Of a DNA stretch of 64,000 nt, positions 10,201 to 21,466 are shown in pieces. Origin of the DNA: a virus. The first letter of the stretch is position 1; each line of letters opens with the position of its first letter. The position numbers and the translations under genes are program-made. The stretch lies in the IMG/VR virus record IMGVR_UViG_3300037336_000025, positions 122,313 through 186,312 of that record; one strand, 5' to 3'. The notes beneath the pieces were generated by a model. The model did not search any database, was not told the DNA's origin, and saw nothing but the letters and a program-made list of their open reading frames with translations.

Positions 10201-10581
10201 ATTACATTCTTTAATGGTGTTGGACTAGTTAACTATGGTCAGAAGACTCGTGCAAGAAACGCATCAGCATTAGATCGTATCAACGTAGCACGTTTAACAG
10301 TATACTTACGTAGTCAGTTAAACAAATTAGCTCGTCCGTTTATCTTTGAACCAAATGATAAGATTACTAGAGATGAAGTTAAACAAGCATGTGAAAGTCT
10401 ATTGTTAGAATTGGTAGGCCTACGTGCATTGTATGACTTTGCTGTAGTGTGTGACGAGTCAAATAACACAGCGGCAAGAATTGATCGCAACGAGCTTTGG
10501 GTAGATATCGCTATCGAACCCGTCAAGGCAGTTGAGTTCATTTACATTCCATTGCGTGTCAAGAACACAGGAGAGATTTAA
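7201..10581 (+). CDS. gp18: Contractile tail sheath protein with large insertion domains
   Basis: MALQSPGVQVTVIDES N-terminus; PWFAPAGTRRG, INPI, GQKT, ALDRINVARL, FIFEPND and PVKAVEFI C-terminal sheath motifs. Confidence 0.95.
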   Translation: MALQSPGVQVTVIDESFYTPAEPGTTPLIVVATAQDKTNGSGTAVASSTTKANAGKAFKLTSQRDLTDLFGVPFFEKTASSSPVHGGERNEYGLLAAYSLLGVSNAAFIVRADVDLSELEAQATAPGAAPNNGKWWVDTQATTWGIQEWNSADVSTTGGQKFAAKTPIVLTDDDSSKIESGGVPKASIGSIGDYCVVFQTVQGSGAGSEEAKIYFKSAGLPVAGVVAGAWALVGSTEWALSHATVTGSGFGTPTAGNFTINGTTITLTGGETVAATVALINGLTIVDAEEARGVFARAVGGEIYLYTSGTNDQPATVDSSLSTTITIGAGTTTLSLLGLVAGTFYAPGLQQTPHTQVPTWKSNDATARPTGSVWLKTTEPNNGARWRVKQWNSATATWVASEAPIYATTNAALYYLDRSGGGINISANALMVQTNSQEGSFNDIVPDSVTFRMWRRSVAAGQYTTIATSITVGSVASTGPKSFTIAESVKGVIALGTAKTISFTATNDMDDAELIAQAINAAGFANIEAESVAASTAPTNATNVLSIYHKLGGDFRIVDTDSVFGNLFASALNVYAAPAGSSDDYVVSAWAPFTTTAFSASASAPLNEADDGQLWYSSSVGDVDIMIHDGTTWVGYRNAASDFNSVDTTRIGYTPVVSASNPWIAGTLTGDLWISTADLENYPTIYRYNSARTDIADGKNRWELVDKTDQQTEEGILFADARYDLNGEETIAASISDLANSNFLDFDAPDPDLYPRGMLLWNLRRSGGNVKRYQNNYVNTASDNVRFNNNESMADYATDRWVTASPNNEDGSGSFLRHAQRGVVVAALKSAVDTSSEIRDEERRNFNIISCPGYPELMSNLVNLNIDRGITAFVVGDTPLRLASDATTLTNWGSNAELVTDNGDKGLVTYDEYLATFYPSGFTTDLSGANAVVPSSHMMLKTIALSDNVSYPWFAPAGTRRGGITNATAVGYIDAASGEFQTVALNEGQRDTLYDLKINPITFFNGVGLVNYGQKTRARNASALDRINVARLTVYLRSQLNKLARPFIFEPNDKITRDEVKQACESLLLELVGLRALYDFAVVCDESNNTAARIDRNELWVDIAIEPVKAVEFIYIPLRVKNTGEI

Positions 10582-10583
10582 AA

Positions 10584-11222
10584 ATGGCTATTACATCATT
10601 AAATAATTTTGGTATCCCGACAGGCGGCGCCGGTAGTACGCAAGTACTATTGATGCCAAAACTGAAGTATCGCTTTAGAGTGACTCTCCTAGGTTTTGGT
10701 GTTGCAGCAGCTACTGAGCTAACCAAGCAAGTACAAGACGTTACTCGTCCAAAGGTAAACTTTGAAGAGATTATGTTAGACGTTTACAACAGCAAGGTTT
10801 ACCTTGCTGGTAAGCCTAGCTTTGAAACATTATCATTAACATTACGTGATGATGCTAGTGGTGAAGTTCAAAAGTTAGTCGGTCAGCAAATTCAGAAACA
10901 GTTTGACTTTATGGAACAATCATCTGCACGTTCAGGTATTGACTATAAGTTCACAACTCGTGTTGAAGTACTAGACGGTGGTAACGGTAACTACGTATCA
11001 AACGTTCTAGAAACTATGAACATGTATGGTTGCATCTTAATGAATGCAGACTACGGCGATATGAATTACGCTACTAACGAAGCAGCTACTGTGGCACTAA
11101 CAATCCGCTTTGATAACATGGAACAATGGGGTGCAGGAGCATCCAGTGTTGGATCTGGTATTGGTGCAGCAGTTGGTCGTACACTTGGCGAGGCAGTTAC
11201 TGGAGCAGGTACGCCAGTCTAA
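10584..11222 (+). CDS. gp19: Tail tube protein
   Basis: Directly after the sheath; PKLKYRFRV, RPKVNFEE, AGKPSFETLSLTLRDD, LTIRFDN. Confidence 0.85.
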   Translation: MAITSLNNFGIPTGGAGSTQVLLMPKLKYRFRVTLLGFGVAAATELTKQVQDVTRPKVNFEEIMLDVYNSKVYLAGKPSFETLSLTLRDDASGEVQKLVGQQIQKQFDFMEQSSARSGIDYKFTTRVEVLDGGNGNYVSNVLETMNMYGCILMNADYGDMNYATNEAATVALTIRFDNMEQWGAGASSVGSGIGAAVGRTLGEAVTGAGTPV

Positions 11223-11240
11223 TCTACGCAGTACTAGAAA

Positions 11241-11268
11241 AAGCTCGGACATATTCCGGGCTTTTTTT
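11241..11268 (+). terminator. Rho-independent terminator
   Basis: aagctcgga-catat-tccgggctt hairpin followed by a T run. Confidence 0.85.
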
Positions 11269-11285
11269 ACGGCATAAATATTATT

Positions 11286-12362
11286 ATGGCAAACTACTTT
11301 ACTCGTTTTCTAAATGGCGTAGGCACAGGGTTAACTACTCCTAAGGGAATAGTTTCTAACTGGCAGCATGCCACGCGTCTGTTCATAGACGATACTATGA
11401 GATTAGCTCCCCGTACAAAGTTTAATTACTATGTGCGATTTGAGATTGATCCAACTGCCCACGCAGCACAAGCATTTACAGCTAAACATTCTCAAGAAGT
11501 TGGTATGCTGGTTAAAACTACAGAACTTCCTAAATTTAAATTTGATACTCTTACAAAAAATCAATATAATAGAAAAAAGATTGTTTACAAAAACATCAAC
11601 TACGAACCTATATCAATTACCATGCACGATGATGCAGCAGGTGTAACTAATGCATTATGGGCAATATACTACGGATACTATGTTGCTGATAGACACTTGC
11701 CAACTTCTGCGTATAACGAAAATAAATTCAGGCCTACAAAGACACCACTAGATAATTTTAGATACGGTATGGATAATAATATTTCTGTTCCTTTCTTTAA
11801 AAGCATTAGCATATACACTATGGCACGCAGACGCTTTACCGGATACACGTTAATTAATCCAAAAATTACTAACTGGAATCACGGATCATTAGATTATGCA
11901 GCAGGTAGTGAAGTACTAGAAAGTCAAATGACTTTAGAATATGAAGCGGTAAAGTATAGTGCGGGTAATGTAGGATATGATAGTCCAAAAGGATTTGCCA
12001 CACTACACTATGATACTGTACCAAGTCCATTAAGTGTAGCAGGCGGCGGCGTAAGCAACTTAACAGGCGACGGTGGAGTCCTTGATGGATTAGAAAGTAT
12101 ATTTGGCGATTTAGCTAATGGTAATACTTTTGACAGTTTTGGGGGATTCTTAGGAACTGCTATTAAAACAGTTAATACTTACAAAAATTTTAATGGTCTT
12201 AGTAAAGCTGGTCTTAAGAGAGAAGCAATAAATGTTTTAAGCAACCCAGCAAATATTGCAACCGCAGTAAGCACCGTGGGCGGCCTTGTAGGAACAATAT
12301 TTCCTAAAAGCTCCAGCAACACAGAAACAACTACTGCTTCACCAAAGAACCTAGCACCGTAA
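11286..12362 (+). CDS. Baseplate / tail-tube initiator (gp48/gp54-like, tube fold)
   Basis: ELPKFKFDT..KNQYNRKK..YKNINYEPISITMHDD tube-like motifs; TAAATA-N5-ATG. Confidence 0.6.
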   Translation: MANYFTRFLNGVGTGLTTPKGIVSNWQHATRLFIDDTMRLAPRTKFNYYVRFEIDPTAHAAQAFTAKHSQEVGMLVKTTELPKFKFDTLTKNQYNRKKIVYKNINYEPISITMHDDAAGVTNALWAIYYGYYVADRHLPTSAYNENKFRPTKTPLDNFRYGMDNNISVPFFKSISIYTMARRRFTGYTLINPKITNWNHGSLDYAAGSEVLESQMTLEYEAVKYSAGNVGYDSPKGFATLHYDTVPSPLSVAGGGVSNLTGDGGVLDGLESIFGDLANGNTFDSFGGFLGTAIKTVNTYKNFNGLSKAGLKREAINVLSNPANIATAVSTVGGLVGTIFPKSSSNTETTTASPKNLAP

Positions 12363-12363
12363 T

Positions 12364-12732
12364 ATGGCAACTACTAATCTCCCCGCACAAATTAAACAGG
12401 ATAGTGCAGCAGGAACAAAACTATTCTTTGATAGTTATGGGCAAGCACCTTTAGAATTTAATGCTGATGATGTCAATGCAACTATTGCATTCTTTAGATC
12501 AAAAGGATTCGAATTAGATGCAGCACAAACAGTATCAACTGTTTTATTAAAACAGGCAAAGTTAGACGGTACTCCTATATTTCAAATATTAGACAGCTTA
12601 ACTGGGTTTGATAATCTAGGGTTAAGTCAAGTAGTCGGAGAAGTTCTTAATAATAATAGAACTCCTAGTAGTACACTAGGATTTAGAACTGCTGATGTAA
12701 AACCAACTCAAATTAGGAATATTGCAGCATAA
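12364..12732 (+). CDS. Hypothetical protein in the structural module
   Basis: Clean ORF tightly coupled to its neighbours. Confidence 0.6.
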   Translation: MATTNLPAQIKQDSAAGTKLFFDSYGQAPLEFNADDVNATIAFFRSKGFELDAAQTVSTVLLKQAKLDGTPIFQILDSLTGFDNLGLSQVVGEVLNNNRTPSSTLGFRTADVKPTQIRNIAA

Positions 12733-13172
12733 TGGCAAAGTTTGCACAAGGTAGATATGAAGTAAAAAATCCCGAAAAGTATGTTGGGAAGAAAACTCCT
12801 ATGTCTCGCAGCTCTTGGGAATTTATCTTTATGAAAATGCTAGACGAACATCCTAGCGTTGAGAAGTGGGCAAGCGAAAGCGTACAAATACCGTATAGGG
12901 ATCCGCTCACTGGCAAATATACCATTTATGTTCCTGATTTCTTTGTAGTGTACAACGATAAAAACGGCGCGAAACATGCAGAGCTAATAGAAGTAAAGCC
13001 GTCTAGTCAAACATTTATAGATAAAGTAGGAAAGAGTCAATACAATCAGCAACAGTATGTTAAGAATGTAGCCAAATGGGAAGCTGCTACTGCATGGTGC
13101 AAACAGCAAGGTATCAAATTTCGAATAGTAAATGAAGGCGATATTTTCCACCAAGGCAGTAAACGTAGATAA
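12732..13172 (+). CDS. gp4: Head-completion nuclease (T4 gp4 / TnsA-like PD-(D/E)xK)
   Basis: KNPEKYVG, RSSWE, WASE..QIPY, YVPDF, LIEVKP, KWEAA..WC. Confidence 0.85.
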   Translation: MAKFAQGRYEVKNPEKYVGKKTPMSRSSWEFIFMKMLDEHPSVEKWASESVQIPYRDPLTGKYTIYVPDFFVVYNDKNGAKHAELIEVKPSSQTFIDKVGKSQYNQQQYVKNVAKWEAATAWCKQQGIKFRIVNEGDIFHQGSKRR

Positions 13173-13180
13173 GTAATTAT

Positions 13181-13657
13181 ATGACCAAAAAGTTAGAAGA
13201 ATTGTTCAACCTAGACTCAGCAGAGCCAGAAGCTAAGCCAGTTATTGAACCTCCTACCCATTCTCAAGTTAAAAGCATAACTGATAGTTACAACGCAGTA
13301 GCAGAGATCACTCGAACATTACCGCAGATTACAGAGTTGGACGACTTAGGCGACGACGAACTTGACGATCTAGCAGCAAAAGCAGAAAAAGCCTATGACG
13401 AACTAATGGATCTAGGTATGAACGTAGAAGTACGATATTCTAGCAGAATATTTGAAGTTGCTAGCAGTATGCTAGGACATGCTATCACCGCAAAGACTAA
13501 CAAAGTAGATAAAAAGCTCAAAGCTATTGATCTACAGTTAAAGAAACTAAAAATGGATAAAGATTCACCAGAAGACCCTAACGATGTGCTAAAAGGTTCA
13601 GGTTATATAATCACAGACCGTAATGCATTGCTCAAGAGTTTGGGTCAAAAGGACTAA
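13181..13657 (+). CDS. Probable terminase small subunit
   Basis: Helical acidic protein of gp16-like size near terL with a C-terminal ITDRNALLK; positional and weak motif inference. Confidence 0.45.
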   Translation: MTKKLEELFNLDSAEPEAKPVIEPPTHSQVKSITDSYNAVAEITRTLPQITELDDLGDDELDDLAAKAEKAYDELMDLGMNVEVRYSSRIFEVASSMLGHAITAKTNKVDKKLKAIDLQLKKLKMDKDSPEDPNDVLKGSGYIITDRNALLKSLGQKD

Positions 13658-13665
13658 ATACTGAT

Positions 13666-14253
13666 ATGAAAACTTTTAAAGAATATCTTGCTGAAAGCAA
13701 AAAAGCATACCCTTTTAGAGTAAAAGTCGCAGGCGAATTGCCTAAGGATTTTGAAAAAAAATTAAAGGAAATGCTCGGGGCAGCTAATCCAACAATCATT
13801 GAAAAGTCTAAAACATCTGCTCAAGCGATTCCGTTGGATTTCCCAGAACTTGCAAACATGGAAGTGTACACATTCGAAGTGGTTTGTGAATATCCAATTA
13901 CTGCACCCGAACTTGCTGTACACGTTGGCCACTTAGTGCCTGAATCTAATTTCAGAGTGCGTAACGGCGGCGACCCAGCTGAAGCAGAACATGCTACATT
14001 TGACCTAGACCCTAGCGGTGAAGCAGTACTAGATGAAGCAGAGTACAAAAATGAAAAAATTAAACACAAAGATTATTTTGGGGATGATTTTAACAAGAGT
14101 TTCTTAAAAGATTTAGAGAAAACGGCTAAAGCCCGTAAGAAAGAAGACGGTGTTGGGGAATACAAATTACCTAAGGCAAAACAAGACAAAGCTGGATCTA
14201 TGGCTCCTATGAGCAAGATTAGTAATCCAGATCCACTTAAAGGAAAAGTATAA
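13666..14253 (+). CDS. Hypothetical (probable head-associated) protein
   Basis: MKTFKEYLAE start typical of T4-like head proteins; TAAATA-N5-ATG. Confidence 0.6.
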   Translation: MKTFKEYLAESKKAYPFRVKVAGELPKDFEKKLKEMLGAANPTIIEKSKTSAQAIPLDFPELANMEVYTFEVVCEYPITAPELAVHVGHLVPESNFRVRNGGDPAEAEHATFDLDPSGEAVLDEAEYKNEKIKHKDYFGDDFNKSFLKDLEKTAKARKKEDGVGEYKLPKAKQDKAGSMAPMSKISNPDPLKGKV

Positions 14254-15059
14254 TGGATTTTAATAAATTAATGCAAACAATGCGTGACTTAGATCGCCCG
14301 GTCAGTAACGTAGCAGTAGAAGCCTGCGGTGATTCTATGATGAGTGGAATGATGCCCCCAATGTCATCTACTCCTGCAGTAACTCCACCATCAATGAGTG
14401 TTAATCTTAATGCACAAGGTATGGACAGCATTGAAAGTTTACTAAAGTTAATGACTAAAGTAAATCCGGATATGATCAATCAACCAATGCCTAGTTTAAC
14501 TCCTCCTGGACCTAGCATTGCACCTTTAAGTTTAGGTAATCTAGATAAAGGTCCGTTGAAGATGTTACCAGACTTTGATAAAGCAATGGGCGACCAAGAT
14601 GGTGATGGTGATCACGACATGGACGATCACGATATGGAGAAAGATGAAGGCCATATGGACGCTATGCAGAAAGCAATGGGTGACCAAGATGGTGATGGTG
14701 ATCACGACATGGACGATCACGATATGGAGAAAGATGACAGTCCAATGGACGCTATGCAGAAAGCAATGGGCGACCAAGATGGCGATGGTGATCACGACAT
14801 GGACGATCACAAGCTAGAAAAGAAGATGCGTGATAAAGAAAAAGACGAATCATACGCAAACGAGCCAGATCCTGAAGTTAAAAGTGTTGACTATATGAAC
14901 AACCAATTAGCCGGTGGCATGAATAAGCCTAAAGGAACACATCCTAAAGTGGCTGGCGGCGACAACCCAATGAACCGTGTTAGAGAAGGCACCGACCTAC
15001 GTGCTAGTATCCGTGCAGAACTATTACAAAGATTAGCAGAAGCTAAGGGAGCAAAATAA
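14253..15059 (+). CDS. Hypothetical protein with three DxDGDG acidic/His repeats
   Basis: 3x KAMGDQDGDGDHDMDDH; M/P-rich N-terminal part. Confidence 0.65.
   Translation: MDFNKLMQTMRDLDRPVSNVAVEACGDSMMSGMMPPMSSTPAVTPPSMSVNLNAQGMDSIESLLKLMTKVNPDMINQPMPSLTPPGPSIAPLSLGNLDKGPLKMLPDFDKAMGDQDGDGDHDMDDHDMEKDEGHMDAMQKAMGDQDGDGDHDMDDHDMEKDDSPMDAMQKAMGDQDGDGDHDMDDHKLEKKMRDKEKDESYANEPDPEVKSVDYMNNQLAGGMNKPKGTHPKVAGGDNPMNRVREGTDLRASIRAELLQRLAEAKGAK
14581..14810 (+). repeat. Three tandem 90-bp coding repeats
   Basis: aagcaatggg(c/t)gaccaagatgg(t/c)gatggtgatcacgacatggacgatcac at 14581, 14671 and 14761. Confidence 0.95.
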
Positions 15060-15499
15060 TGGCAGATTTATATGGAACAACCGCGGGCGGCACAGCAGTT
15101 AATGTTGACGCCAATGCAAGAAGAGTATTAGGAGATGGCGCAGCAGGAGTTGGACCATATACAAGTTTTGGTACTCCTACGCTAACGGCAATTAAGATTG
15201 TTTCAGCAACTATTAACTTTACCACAACACCTACAGTTGCTAACAGTAATATGTCTAAGGCACTTACAGGACTTCAAAGCCGTGCAGAGATTTATTACGC
15301 AGGCAAGCCAACAGCATCCGGTGCTAATCAGTTTGTAGCGCTAATTCACTCTGAAGATACTGGAGACGGCTACGGAGCATCAACAAGTTTTGACGGATCT
15401 TATGAAAATCTTGAAGATGCAATTGGCGCAGCACTTGGTGTTGCAGAAAATGATATCACAATTACTGAAGTGGCATTGACTGGGTTATCTTTCGCTTAA
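15059..15499 (+). CDS. Hypothetical virion protein
   Basis: A/G/T-rich 146-aa ORF, coupled by TAATG and followed by a terminator. Confidence 0.6.
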   Translation: MADLYGTTAGGTAVNVDANARRVLGDGAAGVGPYTSFGTPTLTAIKIVSATINFTTTPTVANSNMSKALTGLQSRAEIYYAGKPTASGANQFVALIHSEDTGDGYGASTSFDGSYENLEDAIGAALGVAENDITITEVALTGLSFA

Positions 15500-15514
15500 T
15501 ACAGCTATAAAACC

Positions 15515-15542
15515 AAATAGGCTCTTCGGAGCCTATTTTTTT
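15515..15542 (+). terminator. Rho-independent terminator with UUCG loop
   Basis: aaataggctc-ttcg-gagcctattt followed by a T run. Confidence 0.9.
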
Positions 15543-15556
15543 CAGTAAATAACAAT

Positions 15557-16195
15557 ATGGCAAAATCACTAGACGGTAATTTAATTAAGAAAGCACATGC
15601 TCCGATCCGATACACGTTAGAGGAAGTTAAGCATCTTGAAGCATGTATGCATCCGGTAGACGGTCCGTTATACTTCTGTAAAAACTTTTTAAAGATTCAA
15701 CATCCTGTACGTGGATCGATTAAGTTTGAACCGTATGAATACCAAGAGAGGCTAATACAGTCATACCACAACTACAAACAGTCTATTGGTATGCTGCCTC
15801 GTCAGATGGGTAAGACTACTTGCGCTACGGGATATTTACTATGGTACACAATGTTTGTGCCAGAAGCACAAGTATTAATTGCTGCTCATAAGTACGAAGG
15901 TGCGCAGGATATTATGAATCGTTACCGATTCGGTTATGAGAACTTGCCCGACTTTATTCGTGCAGGTGTATACAGCTACAACAGAAACACAATTGAATAC
16001 GACAACGGCGCACGTATTCAAGCAACTACTACAACAGAAAACACTGGTCGTGGTAAGTCTCTATCTCTAATTTATTGCCTAGATGGAGACACTACTACGG
16101 TTCGAGTTCGAAGTAAATTAACATTAGTTGAAGAGGATATAACGTTGACTGCGCTGTATGCTAGGCTAAACAGCAATGCTAAAATTATCGAATGA
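15557..16195 (+). CDS. terL: Terminase large subunit, N-terminal part fused to split-intein N-fragment
   Basis: Q-motif (EPYEYQ), Walker A-like PRQMGKT, then GRGKSLSLIY followed by the intein start CLDGDT and a stop. Confidence 0.92.
   Translation: MAKSLDGNLIKKAHAPIRYTLEEVKHLEACMHPVDGPLYFCKNFLKIQHPVRGSIKFEPYEYQERLIQSYHNYKQSIGMLPRQMGKTTCATGYLLWYTMFVPEAQVLIAAHKYEGAQDIMNRYRFGYENLPDFIRAGVYSYNRNTIEYDNGARIQATTTTENTGRGKSLSLIYCLDGDTTTVRVRSKLTLVEEDITLTALYARLNSNAKIIE
16076..16195 (+). other. Split intein N-fragment (IntN, 39 aa)
   Basis: CLDGDTTTVRVRSKLTLVEEDITLTALYARLNSNAKIIE*: intein block A (C-L-x-G-D-T) and the I..LY..L helix. Confidence 0.88.
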
Positions 16196-16221
16196 CGAGT
16201 TCGCATTTGTATAAATACTGT

Positions 16222-18487
<2,266 letters not shown>

Positions 18488-18498
18488 TAAATATAACT

Positions 18499-20238
18499 AT
18501 GGACGCAACTAACAACATCGCAACAGATTTATTCTACAAAATTCGTAGCAGATTCTCTGGTCTAAAATTAGGTACAGAAATTGGCGAAATTACTATAAAT
18601 CCACAAGACGCACGTTTCTTTGATTTTGACTATATGGAAGGTGAAACTCCTATTGGTCATGTTAGCATTAGTCTAGCAGAAGATAATTCCATAAAGATTT
18701 ACTTCAGTCACGGAATTACAGAATCAATGGACGCAGAGCAAAAAGATAATTGGTACGGATTCCTAAAAGAATTACGTATGTTTGCCAAGCGTAGATTACT
18801 AAACTTTGACACTAGAGATATTGCCAAAGACAACCTAGATAAAAGAGATTACAAATTTTTAACTCGTAATGCTCAACCTAAACAAGAAGCACAAAATTCA
18901 GTTCCAGTCGGAGAAGGCGTTATGGCAGAAAGCACAATGTACGGTACTAAAAGCGTTAGTTACCAAAAATTAGAAAATACACGATTGATTGTTAAACACA
19001 GTCAAAAGTTAAATGACGATATGGCACCGGGTGCCAGAAGTCGTAATATCGCTGGCTTGTTTGTAGAAAACGCAGACGGTGAAAGATTTAAATATCCATT
19101 CATTCACTTAGCAGGCGCCCGTGCTATGCAACGCCATGTGGCTAACGGTGGCTTACCGTACGATGCCATTGGTGAAAGCATCATTAAGATGAGTGAAGAG
19201 ATTGCACAATTAAAGAGCTTTGGCAATTATGTTGTACGCAATGATCTAATGAACAGCGACACGAACAGTGTTGTTGAGCGTAGTACACAAGCACTTAACG
19301 GATTACGTGAGCAAATAAAAGCACTATCAAAACAAGGCCACTATGAGGCTTACAAAGAAAGTTTCCAGGCACAGCAACCTATGGAAGTTCCGCAAGAAAT
19401 TGCAGAACAATTTAAAGATCAATTTACAGTGAAGAATTTCAAAGAAGATATGGCCGCAGTATTTCCTGTACTGTATCGTTTAATGAAAGAAAGTGAACTA
19501 GGCTACGACGACATAGTCGCCATGACACAAGAAGAAATCCAAACTGAAGACGAGGATTTCAACGCAGACCGCTATGACCCATTTGCAAAGTTTGAACAAT
19601 GGGCTATGAATTTAGGCGAAGAAAGCGCAATACAAAGCCAAGATGAAGAAGAACAGGCAGCAGCAGCACAACAATTACAAGAGTTAGTTAGCCAGGCATT
19701 CCCCGCAGGCGTAGACGGTTCTAATGCAATTGAAAGTCTTAAAGGCATCATAGATGATCCACGATTAGAAGAAGAAATTAAGACGCAATCTAAAGAAGAT
19801 CCGGAAGCAGATGTAAGAGGCCTAGTACAAGTATGGCTGGAAGCCAATGCTCCAGAAGTGTTAGAGGTATTAGATTTTGGTGATTTTCAACCAGAACCAG
19901 TGGGCGGTGAGCCGGCGACAGACCAAGGGGGTGAAGAAACTGCGCCAGAAGAAGTCCCACAGGAATCGGAAGAACAATCGCCGGAAGAACATAGTGGCAA
20001 GATGAACGTACAAGAATTAGCTGAGTTTATGCACAGCTTTTATGATAAAGATTCAGGCACATTTCCCAAAGGCCCAGAAGGCGTTTGCACTATGGTAGGT
20101 AAGAAGTTTGGTGAGCAGGCAGAAACGGTGGCTCGTAAGATGGCTGAAAGAATGGCGCCGCAACAACAAGCCCCAGAACCAGCAGAGAATCCAGAGCTAG
20201 CTCGTATTAAAGCACTATCAGGCATGTACAGTATGTAA
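18499..20238 (+). CDS. Large acidic hypothetical protein downstream of terL
   Basis: Start reassigned to ATG18499 (TAAATA-N5-ATG); long clean ORF ending ELARIKALSG. Confidence 0.7.
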   Translation: MDATNNIATDLFYKIRSRFSGLKLGTEIGEITINPQDARFFDFDYMEGETPIGHVSISLAEDNSIKIYFSHGITESMDAEQKDNWYGFLKELRMFAKRRLLNFDTRDIAKDNLDKRDYKFLTRNAQPKQEAQNSVPVGEGVMAESTMYGTKSVSYQKLENTRLIVKHSQKLNDDMAPGARSRNIAGLFVENADGERFKYPFIHLAGARAMQRHVANGGLPYDAIGESIIKMSEEIAQLKSFGNYVVRNDLMNSDTNSVVERSTQALNGLREQIKALSKQGHYEAYKESFQAQQPMEVPQEIAEQFKDQFTVKNFKEDMAAVFPVLYRLMKESELGYDDIVAMTQEEIQTEDEDFNADRYDPFAKFEQWAMNLGEESAIQSQDEEEQAAAAQQLQELVSQAFPAGVDGSNAIESLKGIIDDPRLEEEIKTQSKEDPEADVRGLVQVWLEANAPEVLEVLDFGDFQPEPVGGEPATDQGGEETAPEEVPQESEEQSPEEHSGKMNVQELAEFMHSFYDKDSGTFPKGPEGVCTMVGKKFGEQAETVARKMAERMAPQQQAPEPAENPELARIKALSGMYSM

Positions 20239-20254
20239 GCAGCGATGCTTCATG

Positions 20255-20283
20255 AAAAGGACTTTTCGAAGTCCTTTTCTTTT
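20255..20283 (+). terminator. Rho-independent terminator (possibly bidirectional)
   Basis: aaaaggactt-ttcg-aagtcctttt. Confidence 0.85.
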
Positions 20284-20317
20284 GGCTTAATAAAACCAAT
20301 AAAGTAGTAGATAATCG

Positions 20318-20346
20318 TTGACAATACTAAATAAAAAGCGCATAAT
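20318..20346 (+). promoter_or_regulatory. sigma70-type promoter with nested TAAATA late motif
   Basis: TTGACA-N17-CATAAT with TAAATA inside the spacer; GGAGG RBS before ATG20408. Confidence 0.75.
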
Positions 20347-20407
20347 AGCTTATGTGCATTAAGGCATATACAACATTTTTATTTTAGGCTATAGGAGGCA
20401 TACAAAA

Positions 20408-21412
20408 ATGGCATCACTCGCAGAAATCCGTGCTAAACTCGCAGAAGCACAATCAAAGTCCACAGGACAATCCACCGGCGGTGGAGACAACGCAATTTAC
20501 CCACATTGGAACATGGCTGAAGGTAAGGAAGCAGTAATTCGCTTGCTACCCGATGGCAATTCTGCCAATACATTCTTCTGGGTAGAACGTGCAATGATCA
20601 AGTTGCCGTTCGCAGGTATTAAAGGTGAAACTGACAGTCGTCCAGTTCAAGTACAAGTTCCTTGTATTGAAATGTACAATGACGGTACTGTTTGTCCGAT
20701 CTTATCAGAAGTACGTGGTTGGTTTAAAGATAAATCTTTAGAAGACATGGGTCGTAAGTACTGGAAAAAGCGTTCATACATTTTCCAAGGCTTTGTTGTT
20801 GAAGATCCTATTCGTGAAGAAAAGACTCCGGCAAACCCAATTCGTCGATTCATCATTGGTCCTCAAATCTTTCAAATTATCCGTTCAGCATTGATGGATC
20901 CAGAATTGGAAGAGTTGCCAACTGACTACCTGAAAGGTGTAGACTTTCGTATTGCTAAGACATCTAAAGGTGGCTTCGCTGATTACTCTACTTCAAAGTG
21001 GAGCCGTCGTGAACGTGCATTGACAGAAGTTGAAGCAAGTGCATTGGCAACAAATGAGTTGTACACTCTCAGCGACTTCCTGCCTAAAAAGCCAACTGAT
21101 GTTGAGCTTAAGGTCATGAAGGAAATGTTTGAAGCATCAGTTGATGGCGAAGCATATGACCTGGAACGTTGGGGTCAGTATTACAAGCCAGCGGGTATGG
21201 GTCAAGCAACTGGCGATCCGCATCGTGCAACTGCTAACACAGCTACACCAGCTGCTAAAGCTAGTGCAGACTATGCAGACAGCGAGCCTGCTCCTGTAGC
21301 AAGAGTTACTCAAGCACCAACACCAGTAGCTGCACCAGCAGCAACAACAGGTGGCGATAGTCGTGCGCAAGACATTCTTGCAATGATTCGTAATCGCAAA
21401 GCAGCAGAGTAA
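20408..21412 (+). CDS. gp32: Single-stranded DNA-binding protein (T4 gp32-like)
   Basis: AVIRLLPDGN, CPI...WF, YWKKRSY, GVDFRIAKTSKGGFADYSTSKW. Confidence 0.85.
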   Translation: MASLAEIRAKLAEAQSKSTGQSTGGGDNAIYPHWNMAEGKEAVIRLLPDGNSANTFFWVERAMIKLPFAGIKGETDSRPVQVQVPCIEMYNDGTVCPILSEVRGWFKDKSLEDMGRKYWKKRSYIFQGFVVEDPIREEKTPANPIRRFIIGPQIFQIIRSALMDPELEELPTDYLKGVDFRIAKTSKGGFADYSTSKWSRRERALTEVEASALATNELYTLSDFLPKKPTDVELKVMKEMFEASVDGEAYDLERWGQYYKPAGMGQATGDPHRATANTATPAAKASADYADSEPAPVARVTQAPTPVAAPAATTGGDSRAQDILAMIRNRKAAE

Positions 21413-21466
21413 GCAACATAAAAGAGTGGGACAGGTTCCCACTCTTCTTCATTTACAGGGACTAAT

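Noticed and set aside
14565-14817. Alternative-frame ORFs 14565-14810 and 14575-14817
   Set aside because: By-products of the 90-bp repeats inside the real gene.
16192-16221. ATG16192 (MTSSHLYKYC) as the start of the HNH gene
   Set aside because: The TATAAATA promoter lies downstream of it, and ATG16222 fits the genome-wide TAAATA-N4/5-ATG pattern.
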